Of a DNA stretch of 64,000 bases, positions 37,791-46,357 are shown piece by piece. Where the stretch lies: contig CAYMZY010000001.1 in the NCBI GenBank assembly GCA_964395165.1, forward strand, positions 1,695 to 65,694, in the 5' to 3' direction. Origin of the DNA: an uncultured Bdellovibrionales bacterium (GTDB lineage Bacteria; Patescibacteriota; Minisyncoccia; Moranbacterales; UBA1568). A program made the position numbers and the translations under genes. The notes under the pieces are model-generated. The model was not told where the DNA came from. It made no database searches and worked only from the letters and a program-made list of their open reading frames with translations. Position 1 is the first letter of the stretch, and each line of letters opens with the position of its first letter.

Positions 37791-39497
37791 ATGTTGACAC
37801 TTCGTGATATTCGAAAACGGTATGAGACGCGCCGCATCCTTGAGGGCGTGTCGTTCAGTATGGGCGAGGGACAAAAGATGGCTTTGGTCGGGGCGAATGG
37901 AGTCGGAAAGTCGACACTTCTCAAGATCATTGCGGGTGAAGAGACATATGACCGGGGAGAGATGGTTAAAGTGAATCGGATTTTGGTGGGATATTTGCCA
38001 CAGGAAGCGCTTCCGTTGTCCGGTAAAGAAACTTTCATCGAATATCTTGAACGGATGGCCGGGGTCAGCGAGGCGAAAGAACATATGGAGCGGCTCAGTC
38101 TATCCCTTGATCAGTTGGAAAAGTTGGCGGAGTACGAGGAATGGCAGAAAGTATTCGAGCGGCTTGGCGGATACCAATTTCGTCAGCGCGCGCGAGGTAT
38201 CTTGGAAGGACTGGCCCTCTCCCACATTCAGGAAGAATGCCCATTGGAACAGCTTTCCGGTGGAGAGCGGCGCAAAGCGGCTTTGGCCGGGGTGCTGCTT
38301 CGTGGGGTCGACCTTCTGTTGCTCGATGAACCGACCAATAATCTCGATCTCCCGGCTCTTTTATGGCTTGAGCGTTACTTGACGAAGACGAAGGCTGCGT
38401 GCCTGATTGCTTCGCATGATCGGCAATTCCTCGATACGGTCGTGAGTCGGGTTATCGAACTTGATGTATTGACGAGGAAGGCGACCGTGTACGCGGGAGG
38501 GTGGACCGAATATGCCGCGATGAAGGCGCATCAGGTGCGGAAGTATCTCGAAGCATACCGGGCCCAGGAAGCGGAAAAAGCCCGTGTGCTCGAATCATCC
38601 GAAGAGAAGCGCGAATGGGCCGATATCGGAGCCAAGCAAGTGATGCCAGATAATGATCATATGTCTCAGGGGTATCACCGCGATCGTTCGGAACGCAAGC
38701 TCGGAACGCAAGCAAAGACGCTCGCCAGTCGGGCGAAACGTTTGAATAAGCTTGATCGGCCGGCAGTGCATGATCCGATTCTGTTCTCCTTTCCCGAGAC
38801 GGATGTACCGGCACCGGCGCTCTTGGTCACGGGTCTGGTCTTCGGATATTCGACCGGATTCCGATCTGATCCGGCCACTTTTTCGGTCCCTACCGGGAAA
38901 CGAATCGGATTTTTCGGTCTGAACGGAGCTGGAAAGTCGACGCTGCTTCGGACTTTGTCAGGAGAACTCCCGCCGATTTCCGGGACGATCGATCGGAGTG
39001 GAGAGTTGGTCATCGGGAACCTCATGCAGGAGCATGAGGATATCGACCGCGTTAAGACGCCGGTCCAGATTTTTGAACGGCGTTTCGGTGAAGAAGCGGA
39101 AGAGAAACTCCGTATCCTGTTGCATCAGTTCCGTTTTTCGATCGATCTTGCCGAGACGCGTGTGAAGTATCTGAGTCCGGGTGAGCGGGTGCGGGTCGCG
39201 TTGGCGCTTCTCATCGCTTCCGGAGCCAATGCGCTTTTTTTCGACGAGCCGACGAATCACCTCGATCTTGAGACTATCGAGGCTATGGAGGAAGCACTTG
39301 AGGATTTTTCCGGGACCATCGTTTTGGTGACGCATGATCGGAGATTCATCGAGCAGATGCGTCTGGACACGCTTTTCCTGATCGAGCAGGGGAAAATCGA
39401 ACCACTGGCGAGCCTGGAGGCGTATCGAGAGCGTCTGATGCCGAGTATTTTGAGAAACCTGAAACGGCTTGATGAACGCATCGAGAAGAAATTCTGA
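37791..39497 (+). CDS. ABC-F family ribosome-associated ATPase
   Basis: Two NBDs (GANGVGKST, LSGGE, LDEPTN; GLNGAGKST, LSPGE, FDEPTNHLD) and no TM segments. Confidence 0.93.
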   Translation: MLTLRDIRKRYETRRILEGVSFSMGEGQKMALVGANGVGKSTLLKIIAGEETYDRGEMVKVNRILVGYLPQEALPLSGKETFIEYLERMAGVSEAKEHMERLSLSLDQLEKLAEYEEWQKVFERLGGYQFRQRARGILEGLALSHIQEECPLEQLSGGERRKAALAGVLLRGVDLLLLDEPTNNLDLPALLWLERYLTKTKAACLIASHDRQFLDTVVSRVIELDVLTRKATVYAGGWTEYAAMKAHQVRKYLEAYRAQEAEKARVLESSEEKREWADIGAKQVMPDNDHMSQGYHRDRSERKLGTQAKTLASRAKRLNKLDRPAVHDPILFSFPETDVPAPALLVTGLVFGYSTGFRSDPATFSVPTGKRIGFFGLNGAGKSTLLRTLSGELPPISGTIDRSGELVIGNLMQEHEDIDRVKTPVQIFERRFGEEAEEKLRILLHQFRFSIDLAETRVKYLSPGERVRVALALLIASGANALFFDEPTNHLDLETIEAMEEALEDFSGTIVLVTHDRRFIEQMRLDTLFLIEQGKIEPLASLEAYRERLMPSILRNLKRLDERIEKKF

Positions 39498-39503
39498 AAA
39501 TTG

Positions 39504-39535
39504 AAAACCCCTTCTGAAGTTCGGAAGGGGTTTTT
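39504..39535. terminator. Bidirectional terminator
   Basis: AAAACCCCTTCTGA-AGT-TCGGAAGGGGTTTTT. Confidence 0.85.
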
Positions 39536-39549
39536 GAATCCGGTCTAGC

Positions 39550-40170
39550 TTAAAGGGACTGCTTTACTCGCATGAACAGGGCCGAATCTTCCTGTTCGAT
39601 GAATGGGGAGATGCCTCCGAGAAACTTGACCAGGTTCTTTTTGAGGGATGTGGAGACTCTCCATCCGAGTGCCTCGGTGGCGCACCAGGCGTACGCGAGT
39701 ACGTCCTGGTCTCGCGCGAGTTCTGAATGAGCACTTAGGAGGATCAGTTTCCCGATGAACTCCAGTTCCTTTTCCGGAAACTTTCCGGCATGAGGGAACC
39801 AGCCACGCACGATATGGAGAAGGTTCCGGTATCCATCGCACGGGGGGCGTTCGAACAGCTCGAACTTTCTGACATCCGGAACCAGAAGGATGACAGCTGC
39901 CCGTATCTGGAAACCGATACCGTCGGTACCCTTCACGATCAGCCGGTTCATGTGGGTGTGGCAGGTGTTTCCTTCGACCCACGTGTTCCATTGGTCTTTT
40001 TCACTCGGGTCAAGAAGCTGCCCGAGATTCCGTTCAAGGGTTGCTCGGTACCGCTTCGGATTGATGGATCGAGGCGGTGGAGCTACTACTTCTGTTCTTG
40101 CGCGGATAAATATCCGGTGTTGTTGTTGTGGATTGCCAGGAGTGGCCTGAAGCGATCGGGCATGCTGCAT
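39550..40170 (-). CDS. Hypothetical protein (206 aa)
   Basis: SD AAGGAGG; promoter TTGACT-17 nt-TACAAT on the minus strand (40245-40273); terminator downstream. Confidence 0.7.
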   Translation of the reverse strand: MQHARSLQATPGNPQQQHRIFIRARTEVVAPPPRSINPKRYRATLERNLGQLLDPSEKDQWNTWVEGNTCHTHMNRLIVKGTDGIGFQIRAAVILLVPDVRKFELFERPPCDGYRNLLHIVRGWFPHAGKFPEKELEFIGKLILLSAHSELARDQDVLAYAWCATEALGWRVSTSLKKNLVKFLGGISPFIEQEDSALFMRVKQSL

Positions 40171-40333
40171 GGATAGTTCCTCCTTTTTGGTTGTTAGTTG
40201 TTAAGGCACAGGTGAGAATTATGCGCGGGTGCACATAAACCGAAATTGTACAGTGTTCTTTGGAAAGAGTCAAGTGCCCGGAACGTGAAAATGATCCGGT
40301 CTATCATCTCCAAGAGTGGTTTGCCCGGTGATA

Positions 40334-40362
40334 TTGACTTGTTTTTTGTTTCCTGATATAAT
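40334..40362 (+). promoter_or_regulatory. sigma70 promoter of the DEAD-box helicase gene
   Basis: TTGACT-17 nt-TATAAT with an extended TG. Confidence 0.8.
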
Positions 40363-40486
40363 GGCTATCTTATCTGATTTCTTTCCTGTGGGGTGTGGGG
40401 ATGCGAAAAGGGCTTGGGTAGGAGTAATTTCTGGTATCGTCCTAAATATATCAAGGGATGCTGCCCAAGCACTAAAGAAGAAGCAT

Positions 40487-41716
40487 ATGTTTCGAAAGAC
40501 TTTTGAGAAGCGCCATTCAAGCGAATTGCGCCAGTTATCAGGGAGGAATTATGTCGGTCGGCGGAATCAGAGTGGCGTCCGTGCCGGGAGTAATCGGAAG
40601 AAGGTCTCGCGTATCGATCCCGAATTGTTCGTCCGCAAGGCGATCGTGACGACTCAGGCCGAATCATTCGATCCGAAGCATCGATTTACGGATTTCCGCA
40701 TCGACCCGAAGATCAAGGCGAATATCGAACGTCGCGGGTACGTCCATCCGACGCCGATTCAGGACGGGGCGATTCCGGTCGTGCTCGAAAAGCGCGATGT
40801 GATCGGTATGGCCAGTACGGGAACAGGCAAGACTGCAGCCTTTCTTATTCCACTTCTGCACAAGGTATTGCATAGTCGGACCGAAAAAACGCTGATCATT
40901 GTGCCGACCCGTGAATTGGCCAATCAGATCGACGTCGAATTCCGTGATTTTTCTCGAGGACTCGGTATTCAGTCGGCCGTCTGTATCGGCGGGGCACATA
41001 TTTATCCCCAGATTAAGCGTTTGCAGCAGAATCCGAACTTCGTTATCGGAACACCGGGTCGTCTGAAAGACCTGGTCGAACGGAAGAACCTCGACCTTTC
41101 ACCGTTCAGTACGGTCGTGCTCGATGAAGTCGACCGGATGCTCGACATGGGGTTCATTCATGATATGAAATATTTGCTTTCACTTCTCAAGGAACCGCGG
41201 CAGACGCTTTTCTTTTCAGCGACCTTGCCGCGTGAGATCGCCGATCTGGCGAAGAAATTCTTGAAAGATCCGATCACGATTCGTATCGAATCCCGCGCGA
41301 CTTCGGAGAATGTCGAGCAGGATATCATTGTGGTCAAGAATCGTGATCAGAAGATCGAAACGCTGCATGAACTGTTCCTCAAGGAAGGTTTCGAAAAGAT
41401 CCTCGTGTTCTGCCGGACCAAGCATGGAGCGGATCGTCTGTCGAAGAACCTGCGCGAGCGCGGATTCAAGGCAGATGCGTTGCACGGTGACAAGTCACAG
41501 AGCCAGCGTGAACGTGCCTTGCGCCAATTCGAGAAGGACGAGCTCAAGGTGCTCGTCGCGACCGATGTAGCGGCGCGCGGACTCGATATCAAGGGTGTGA
41601 CACATGTCATCAATTATGATGTCCCGGAAACCTACGAGGACTATATTCATCGTATCGGTCGGACCGGTCGAGCTGGGAAAGCCGGAAATGCCCTGACTTT
41701 CATCGAGGAATTCTAA
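40487..41716 (+). CDS. DEAD-box RNA helicase
   Basis: PTPIQ, TGTGKT, PTRELA, DEVD, SAT, ARGLD, HRIGRTGRAG. Confidence 0.96.
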   Translation: MFRKTFEKRHSSELRQLSGRNYVGRRNQSGVRAGSNRKKVSRIDPELFVRKAIVTTQAESFDPKHRFTDFRIDPKIKANIERRGYVHPTPIQDGAIPVVLEKRDVIGMASTGTGKTAAFLIPLLHKVLHSRTEKTLIIVPTRELANQIDVEFRDFSRGLGIQSAVCIGGAHIYPQIKRLQQNPNFVIGTPGRLKDLVERKNLDLSPFSTVVLDEVDRMLDMGFIHDMKYLLSLLKEPRQTLFFSATLPREIADLAKKFLKDPITIRIESRATSENVEQDIIVVKNRDQKIETLHELFLKEGFEKILVFCRTKHGADRLSKNLRERGFKADALHGDKSQSQRERALRQFEKDELKVLVATDVAARGLDIKGVTHVINYDVPETYEDYIHRIGRTGRAGKAGNALTFIEEF

Positions 41717-41754
41717 GTCTCTCATATCCTTCATGCTGAGAGGGTAGCCTCTCG

Positions 41755-41792
41755 ACTGTCGGACCACTACCCTGGTCTCGACAGTTTTTTTT
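41755..41792 (+). terminator. Intrinsic terminator
   Basis: ACTGTCG/CGACAGT stem with inner pairing and a T8 run. Confidence 0.7.
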
Positions 41793-41886
41793 GGGTGATA
41801 ACGTCTTTTTTTGTCTGGTTTGTCAATCGTGTCTGACTTCTGGTTCTGCGCTATCATGAGGAGGTATCATATGATCCTATCTTGGC

Positions 41887-42969
41887 ATGCAGGCGACATC
41901 GGCGAAACATCCAGTAGCCCAGGCACTCGAGCATTCTCTCGGGATGTTCGTGATTACCGATGTGGCAGGTGTGGCGGTATATGCCAATGACGGCTCGGAA
42001 CGGAGAACGGGATATGCGATCGCCGAGACGATCGGAAAGAAACCGGGCCGGTTGTGGGGTGGTCATATGTCGAAGGTCTTTTACGACGCTCTCTGGGCCG
42101 ATCTGAGACAGATGCGTCCGGTGGTGGCGGATATAGAGAATCAACGGAAGAACGGGCAGCCCTATCGGGAGAGGGTACATATCGCTCCTATTGTCAGGGA
42201 GAAGGGCAGCGCCCCGTTCTTCATCGCGGCACAACCTTTTCATCTTGAAAGTGAAGGTTTGATGGAGCGTTTCGGGGCTGATTTCAAACGGGTTTTCGGA
42301 ACAGGAAAGGGGATTTCTGATACTTGTTTTTTCGAGTGGGCGACTCGATGGTTCGGAGCTGAAGCCATATCGGTATCCCATGAGAAGAAGTTCAAGGGAG
42401 CGTCGGTGAATTTCATCGAGAATGAATTGGTTCATCCGATGCGCGAGCGTTTCGCTGCCCGCGAGGAGGACCGCATCCTGGTCGAAGCGGCTCAGACGGA
42501 TGCCCGGGAGTTCCGGCGTCTCTACGTGAAATATGAATCTCTGGTAACACGATATTTCTTGCGGCATCTTAGTTATGACCGGGATATGGCGGATGATCTG
42601 GCACAGGAAACCTTTTATCGGGCGCTCGTGTACCTTCCTGGCTTCACGGCCACGAATGCTTCGTATGGGACTTATCTTCTTCGGGTGGCGCACAACCTCT
42701 TGGTGAATTACTACCGGAAAAAACGGATGATCGCATTGTTTGATGACCGGGAACAGGAGACGGCAGCAAGCGGTATGATTGGAGCACCTCAGATATCTGG
42801 ACAGATATTGGATCTACCGGCTTTACGGGCGTCCGAGCGTGAAATACTCTCAATGAAATATGAGGCGGGATTTTCGGTGCATGAAATCGCAGTACTACTC
42901 GGTATATCGGAAAATGCGGTCAAACTACGGCTTTCTCGTGCGCGTAAGCATCTTAAGGAGCTTCTGTAG
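41887..42969 (+). CDS. PAS domain-ECF sigma-70 factor fusion
   Basis: PAS/PAC (ITDVAG..YAN..TGY..ETIGK..FY..LW..NQRKNGQPY..IAPI); sigma2 (ADDLAQETFYRA..TYLLRVAHNLLVNYYRK); sigma4 (FSVHEIAVLLGISENAVKLRLSRAR). Confidence 0.88.
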   Translation: MQATSAKHPVAQALEHSLGMFVITDVAGVAVYANDGSERRTGYAIAETIGKKPGRLWGGHMSKVFYDALWADLRQMRPVVADIENQRKNGQPYRERVHIAPIVREKGSAPFFIAAQPFHLESEGLMERFGADFKRVFGTGKGISDTCFFEWATRWFGAEAISVSHEKKFKGASVNFIENELVHPMRERFAAREEDRILVEAAQTDAREFRRLYVKYESLVTRYFLRHLSYDRDMADDLAQETFYRALVYLPGFTATNASYGTYLLRVAHNLLVNYYRKKRMIALFDDREQETAASGMIGAPQISGQILDLPALRASEREILSMKYEAGFSVHEIAVLLGISENAVKLRLSRARKHLKELL

Positions 42970-43138
42970 ATTCCCGGAATATCCTTCATGACACCTTTTC
43001 GCTTCCTAAGTGTTTATATACCGTGTACAGTCGGAATCGTTTTTCATGTCGTTTGTTGGAAGAAGGGTGAGGGGGGTCCGGGTGCGAGAGAGGCGTCCGG
43101 TGGTTGGTTTGTGTTTTTAAATAGGCTAAAAAAAAGAT

Positions 43139-45289
43139 ATGCCGGTTTATAAGATACAGAAACGCAATGGTTCGATTGTTGATTTCAATTTGGAGAAGAT
43201 TGAGAACGCTATCGGTCAGGCGGCCAAGGCGACTGGTAAGCATGATGAGATCGTTGCGCAGGTACTGGCTCAGGATGTATATTCCCGCTTGGAAGAAGAG
43301 TTTTCCGGCAAGATCCCGACGGTCGAAGAAGCGCAGGACATCGTCGAGGATATGCTTATCCAATACGGTTACGCCGAGACCGCGAAAGCGTATATCCTCT
43401 ATCGTGAGAAAAGACGGGAGGCGCGGGAAGAAAAGAATGTCGTTGTCGAGGTCGAGAGGGCAATCCGTGAGTATCTCGAGAAACTTGATTGGAGGGTGAA
43501 TGCGAATTCGAATCAGGGATACTCACTTGGCGGCATGATCTTGAACACGGCCGGGAGCGTCATCGCGAATTACTGGCTCTCACACATCTACCCGAAGGCG
43601 GTCGGGGATGCGCACCGGAATGGAGACTACCATATCCATGACCTGGATATGTTCTCGGGTTACTGCGCTGGATGGAGTTTGCGCGTCTTGCTTGAAGAGG
43701 GATTCAACGGAGTTCCGAACAAGGTTGAGTCTTCCGCGCCGAGGCATCTTTCCTCAGCTGTATCGCAGATGGTGAACTTTCTCGGGACGCTTCAGAACGA
43801 ATGGGCGGGGGCGCAGGCTTTTTCAAGCTTTGATACCTATCTCGCACCGTTCGTGAAAAAATATGAGCTTGAACTGCGGGAAGATATAAAAAAATATCAG
43901 ATAGCGTTCGCCAGTAAGGCGAAGCAGGAGCAGTATGTAGCTGATCGGGTGTATGATTATGTGCACCAGAATATCCAGTCTTTCGTTTTTAACCTGAATA
44001 TCCCTTCCCGCTGGGGAACGCAGACGCCATTTACCAATATCACGCTTGACTGGGATGTGCCGGAAGATATGCGTGAAAAGCGGTTGTTGTTGGGAGGCGA
44101 GCCATTCGCTTACATGTTCGGGGAACTGCAGCCGGAGATGGATATCATCAATCGGGCGTTCATCGAAGTGATGTCGCAAGGGGATGCGAAGGGCCGCACC
44201 TTCACGTTTCCGATCCCGACTTATAATGTGACCAAGGATTTCGAATGGGAGAATCCGAAAAACCTACCCCTTTTTGAGATGACAGCCAAATACGGCACGC
44301 CGTATTTCCAGAATTTTGTGAATTCTGAATTGAATCCGAGCGATGTTCGGTCGATGTGCTGTCGTCTGCAACTTGACTTGCGGGAGCTCCGGAAGCGCGG
44401 CGGCGGACTTTTCGGTTCAGCTGAGATGACCGGATCGATCGGAGTGGTGACTATTAATGCTGCTCGGCTCGGATATCTCCACCGGGGAGATCGGGAGAAG
44501 CTGTATGAGCGGCTCGGGTATCTGATGGATCTTGCTAAGACATCGCTCGAGATCAAACGCGAAGAGATCCAAAAATGGATCGATCGCGGACTCTTCCCGT
44601 ATACCAAGCGCTATCTCGGGTATCTCAGGAATCACTTCTCGACCATCGGGGTGAACGGTATCAATGAGGCGATCCGCAATTTTACCGGTGATGCGGAGAA
44701 TATCTCGACACCGAAAGGCCAGGCATTGGCGAAGGAAATTCTTGATTTTATGCGGGAACGCATCAAGGATTATCAGGAGGAAACGAACAATTATTACAAC
44801 CTTGAGGCGACGCCGGCCGAAGGAACGACATACCGTTTCGCCAAGGAGGATAAGAAGCGTTTTTCGGATATCATCCAGGCCGGGACCGTGGAAGCCCCGT
44901 ATTACACGAATTCTTCTCAGGTACCGGTGGAGTACAGTGATGATATTTTCGAGGTGCTCGAATTGCAGGATGAGCTGCAGCGTAAGTATACTGGGGGTAC
45001 GGTCCTTCACTGTTATATGCATGAGAAGGTGAGTTCCGGAGAGGCTTGTCGGAGTCTGGTGCGTTCGATTCTTTCCAATTATCGCCTGCCCTATATCACC
45101 ATTACGCCGACATTCTCCATCTGTCCGAAACATGGATATCTTGAGGGCGAATGGGACTATTGTCCGAGGTGTGATCGTGAGCTTGGTATTGAGAATGGGG
45201 AGCGTTTCGATGTGAAAACAAGGCAGAAATATGAGAGTCAGCAGCCGGAATCCGTCCAAAAGGGCGGACGGAAGAGAAAGGGAGTATAA
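43139..45289 (+). CDS. nrdD: Anaerobic (class III) ribonucleotide reductase large chain with ATP cone, lacking the glycyl-radical tail
   Basis: ATP cone (IQKRNG..AKAYILYR), HIHDL, YCAGW, finger loop MCCRL, EATPAE, CPKHG..CPRC; no RVxGY motif. Confidence 0.95.
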   Translation: MPVYKIQKRNGSIVDFNLEKIENAIGQAAKATGKHDEIVAQVLAQDVYSRLEEEFSGKIPTVEEAQDIVEDMLIQYGYAETAKAYILYREKRREAREEKNVVVEVERAIREYLEKLDWRVNANSNQGYSLGGMILNTAGSVIANYWLSHIYPKAVGDAHRNGDYHIHDLDMFSGYCAGWSLRVLLEEGFNGVPNKVESSAPRHLSSAVSQMVNFLGTLQNEWAGAQAFSSFDTYLAPFVKKYELELREDIKKYQIAFASKAKQEQYVADRVYDYVHQNIQSFVFNLNIPSRWGTQTPFTNITLDWDVPEDMREKRLLLGGEPFAYMFGELQPEMDIINRAFIEVMSQGDAKGRTFTFPIPTYNVTKDFEWENPKNLPLFEMTAKYGTPYFQNFVNSELNPSDVRSMCCRLQLDLRELRKRGGGLFGSAEMTGSIGVVTINAARLGYLHRGDREKLYERLGYLMDLAKTSLEIKREEIQKWIDRGLFPYTKRYLGYLRNHFSTIGVNGINEAIRNFTGDAENISTPKGQALAKEILDFMRERIKDYQEETNNYYNLEATPAEGTTYRFAKEDKKRFSDIIQAGTVEAPYYTNSSQVPVEYSDDIFEVLELQDELQRKYTGGTVLHCYMHEKVSSGEACRSLVRSILSNYRLPYITITPTFSICPKHGYLEGEWDYCPRCDRELGIENGERFDVKTRQKYESQQPESVQKGGRKRKGV

Positions 45290-45327
45290 TTCATCAGAAG
45301 TGGAGTAATTATCTAAAAACAAAGAGT

Positions 45328-45516
45328 ATGACCGAGGAAACACAATTGGTGGAGCGGACACGTTGCGAGGTTTGGACGCGGGTCATGGGGTATCATCGTC
45401 CAGTGTCGCATTTCAATGTCGGCAAGAAATCCGAGCACTATTCACGTAAACATTTCACGGAAACAGTAGCTGCCAATCATGCTTTCTGTCAGCAGTATTC
45501 GGAGATTGAATGCTAG
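45328..45516 (+). CDS. Stand-alone NrdD glycyl-radical domain (62 aa)
   Basis: CEVWTRVMGYHRPVSHFNVGKKSE is the canonical NrdD C-terminus. Confidence 0.88.
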   Translation: MTEETQLVERTRCEVWTRVMGYHRPVSHFNVGKKSEHYSRKHFTETVAANHAFCQQYSEIEC

Positions 45517-45532
45517 TTTCTCATCGGAACGT

Positions 45533-46240
45533 ATGCTTTTGAGCGGTATTACTAAGCTGACGCTTCTGGACTTTCCGGAGAAAACAGCCTGTATCGTTTT
45601 TACGGCCGGGTGCAATTTTCGTTGCGGATACTGTCATAATCCGGAATTCGTCCTGCCGGAGCGACTGAAGGAAATCGAGAAGGGATTCATTCCTGAGAGT
45701 GTTTTTTTTCGCTTTCTCGAACGTCGGAAAGGTCTTCTGCAGGGCGTAGTGATTACTGGAGGTGAACCGACGCTGCATCCCGATCTGGAGGATTTTATCG
45801 GGAGGATACGGGCGCTCGGATACGCTGTGAAGTTGGATACGAATGGTAACCGTCCGGATGTGTTGCGGCGATTGATCGACCGTGGACTGGTACAGTATGT
45901 CGCTATGGATTTCAAGACGAGCTTTTCTCGTTACCCAGTGCTTTCAGGATTGGGGGCTGATGCAGAGGCGATCGAATCGAGCTTCAATCTCCTGAAGGAG
46001 GGCGAGACGCCTCATGAGTTTCGTACGACCTTCGTTCGTGAGGTGCATACGGAGAAGGTGCTTCAGGAAATGAAGCTGTCACTTCGGGGCGCGAAACGGT
46101 ATTTCCTTCAGCCGTTCCGGAATGAAATCGTGCTGGATCCGAAGTTTGAGACGATGAGTGCGTTTTCGGAAACGGAAATGCTGTCTTTGGCTGAGTATTT
46201 TTCCGATACCGTCGGAGAAGTCGGTATCCGGGAGGCATAG
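45533..46240 (+). CDS. nrdG: Anaerobic RNR activating radical-SAM enzyme
   Basis: GCNFRCGYCHN, ITGGEPT, KLDTNG. Confidence 0.94.
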   Translation: MLLSGITKLTLLDFPEKTACIVFTAGCNFRCGYCHNPEFVLPERLKEIEKGFIPESVFFRFLERRKGLLQGVVITGGEPTLHPDLEDFIGRIRALGYAVKLDTNGNRPDVLRRLIDRGLVQYVAMDFKTSFSRYPVLSGLGADAEAIESSFNLLKEGETPHEFRTTFVREVHTEKVLQEMKLSLRGAKRYFLQPFRNEIVLDPKFETMSAFSETEMLSLAEYFSDTVGEVGIREA

Positions 46241-46287
46241 GGACGACAGCTTGCTTTTTTGGCTGATTGGTGCGAGAGTGGGCGCAG

Positions 46288-46318
46288 GAGGGAAACTGCT
46301 ACGGCGGTTTCTCTTTTT
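46288..46318 (+). terminator. nrd operon terminator
   Basis: GAGGGAAACTGC-TACG-GCGGTTTCTC plus T-run (cUACGg tetraloop). Confidence 0.75.
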
Positions 46319-46357
46319 CTGTTTTTTGACAGTCTAATAAGAAAGGCAGGAATCACA

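Noticed and set aside
43011-43026. Possible NrdR box before nrdD
   Set aside because: Only about 10 of 16 positions match, the left half is poor, and there is no tandem second box.
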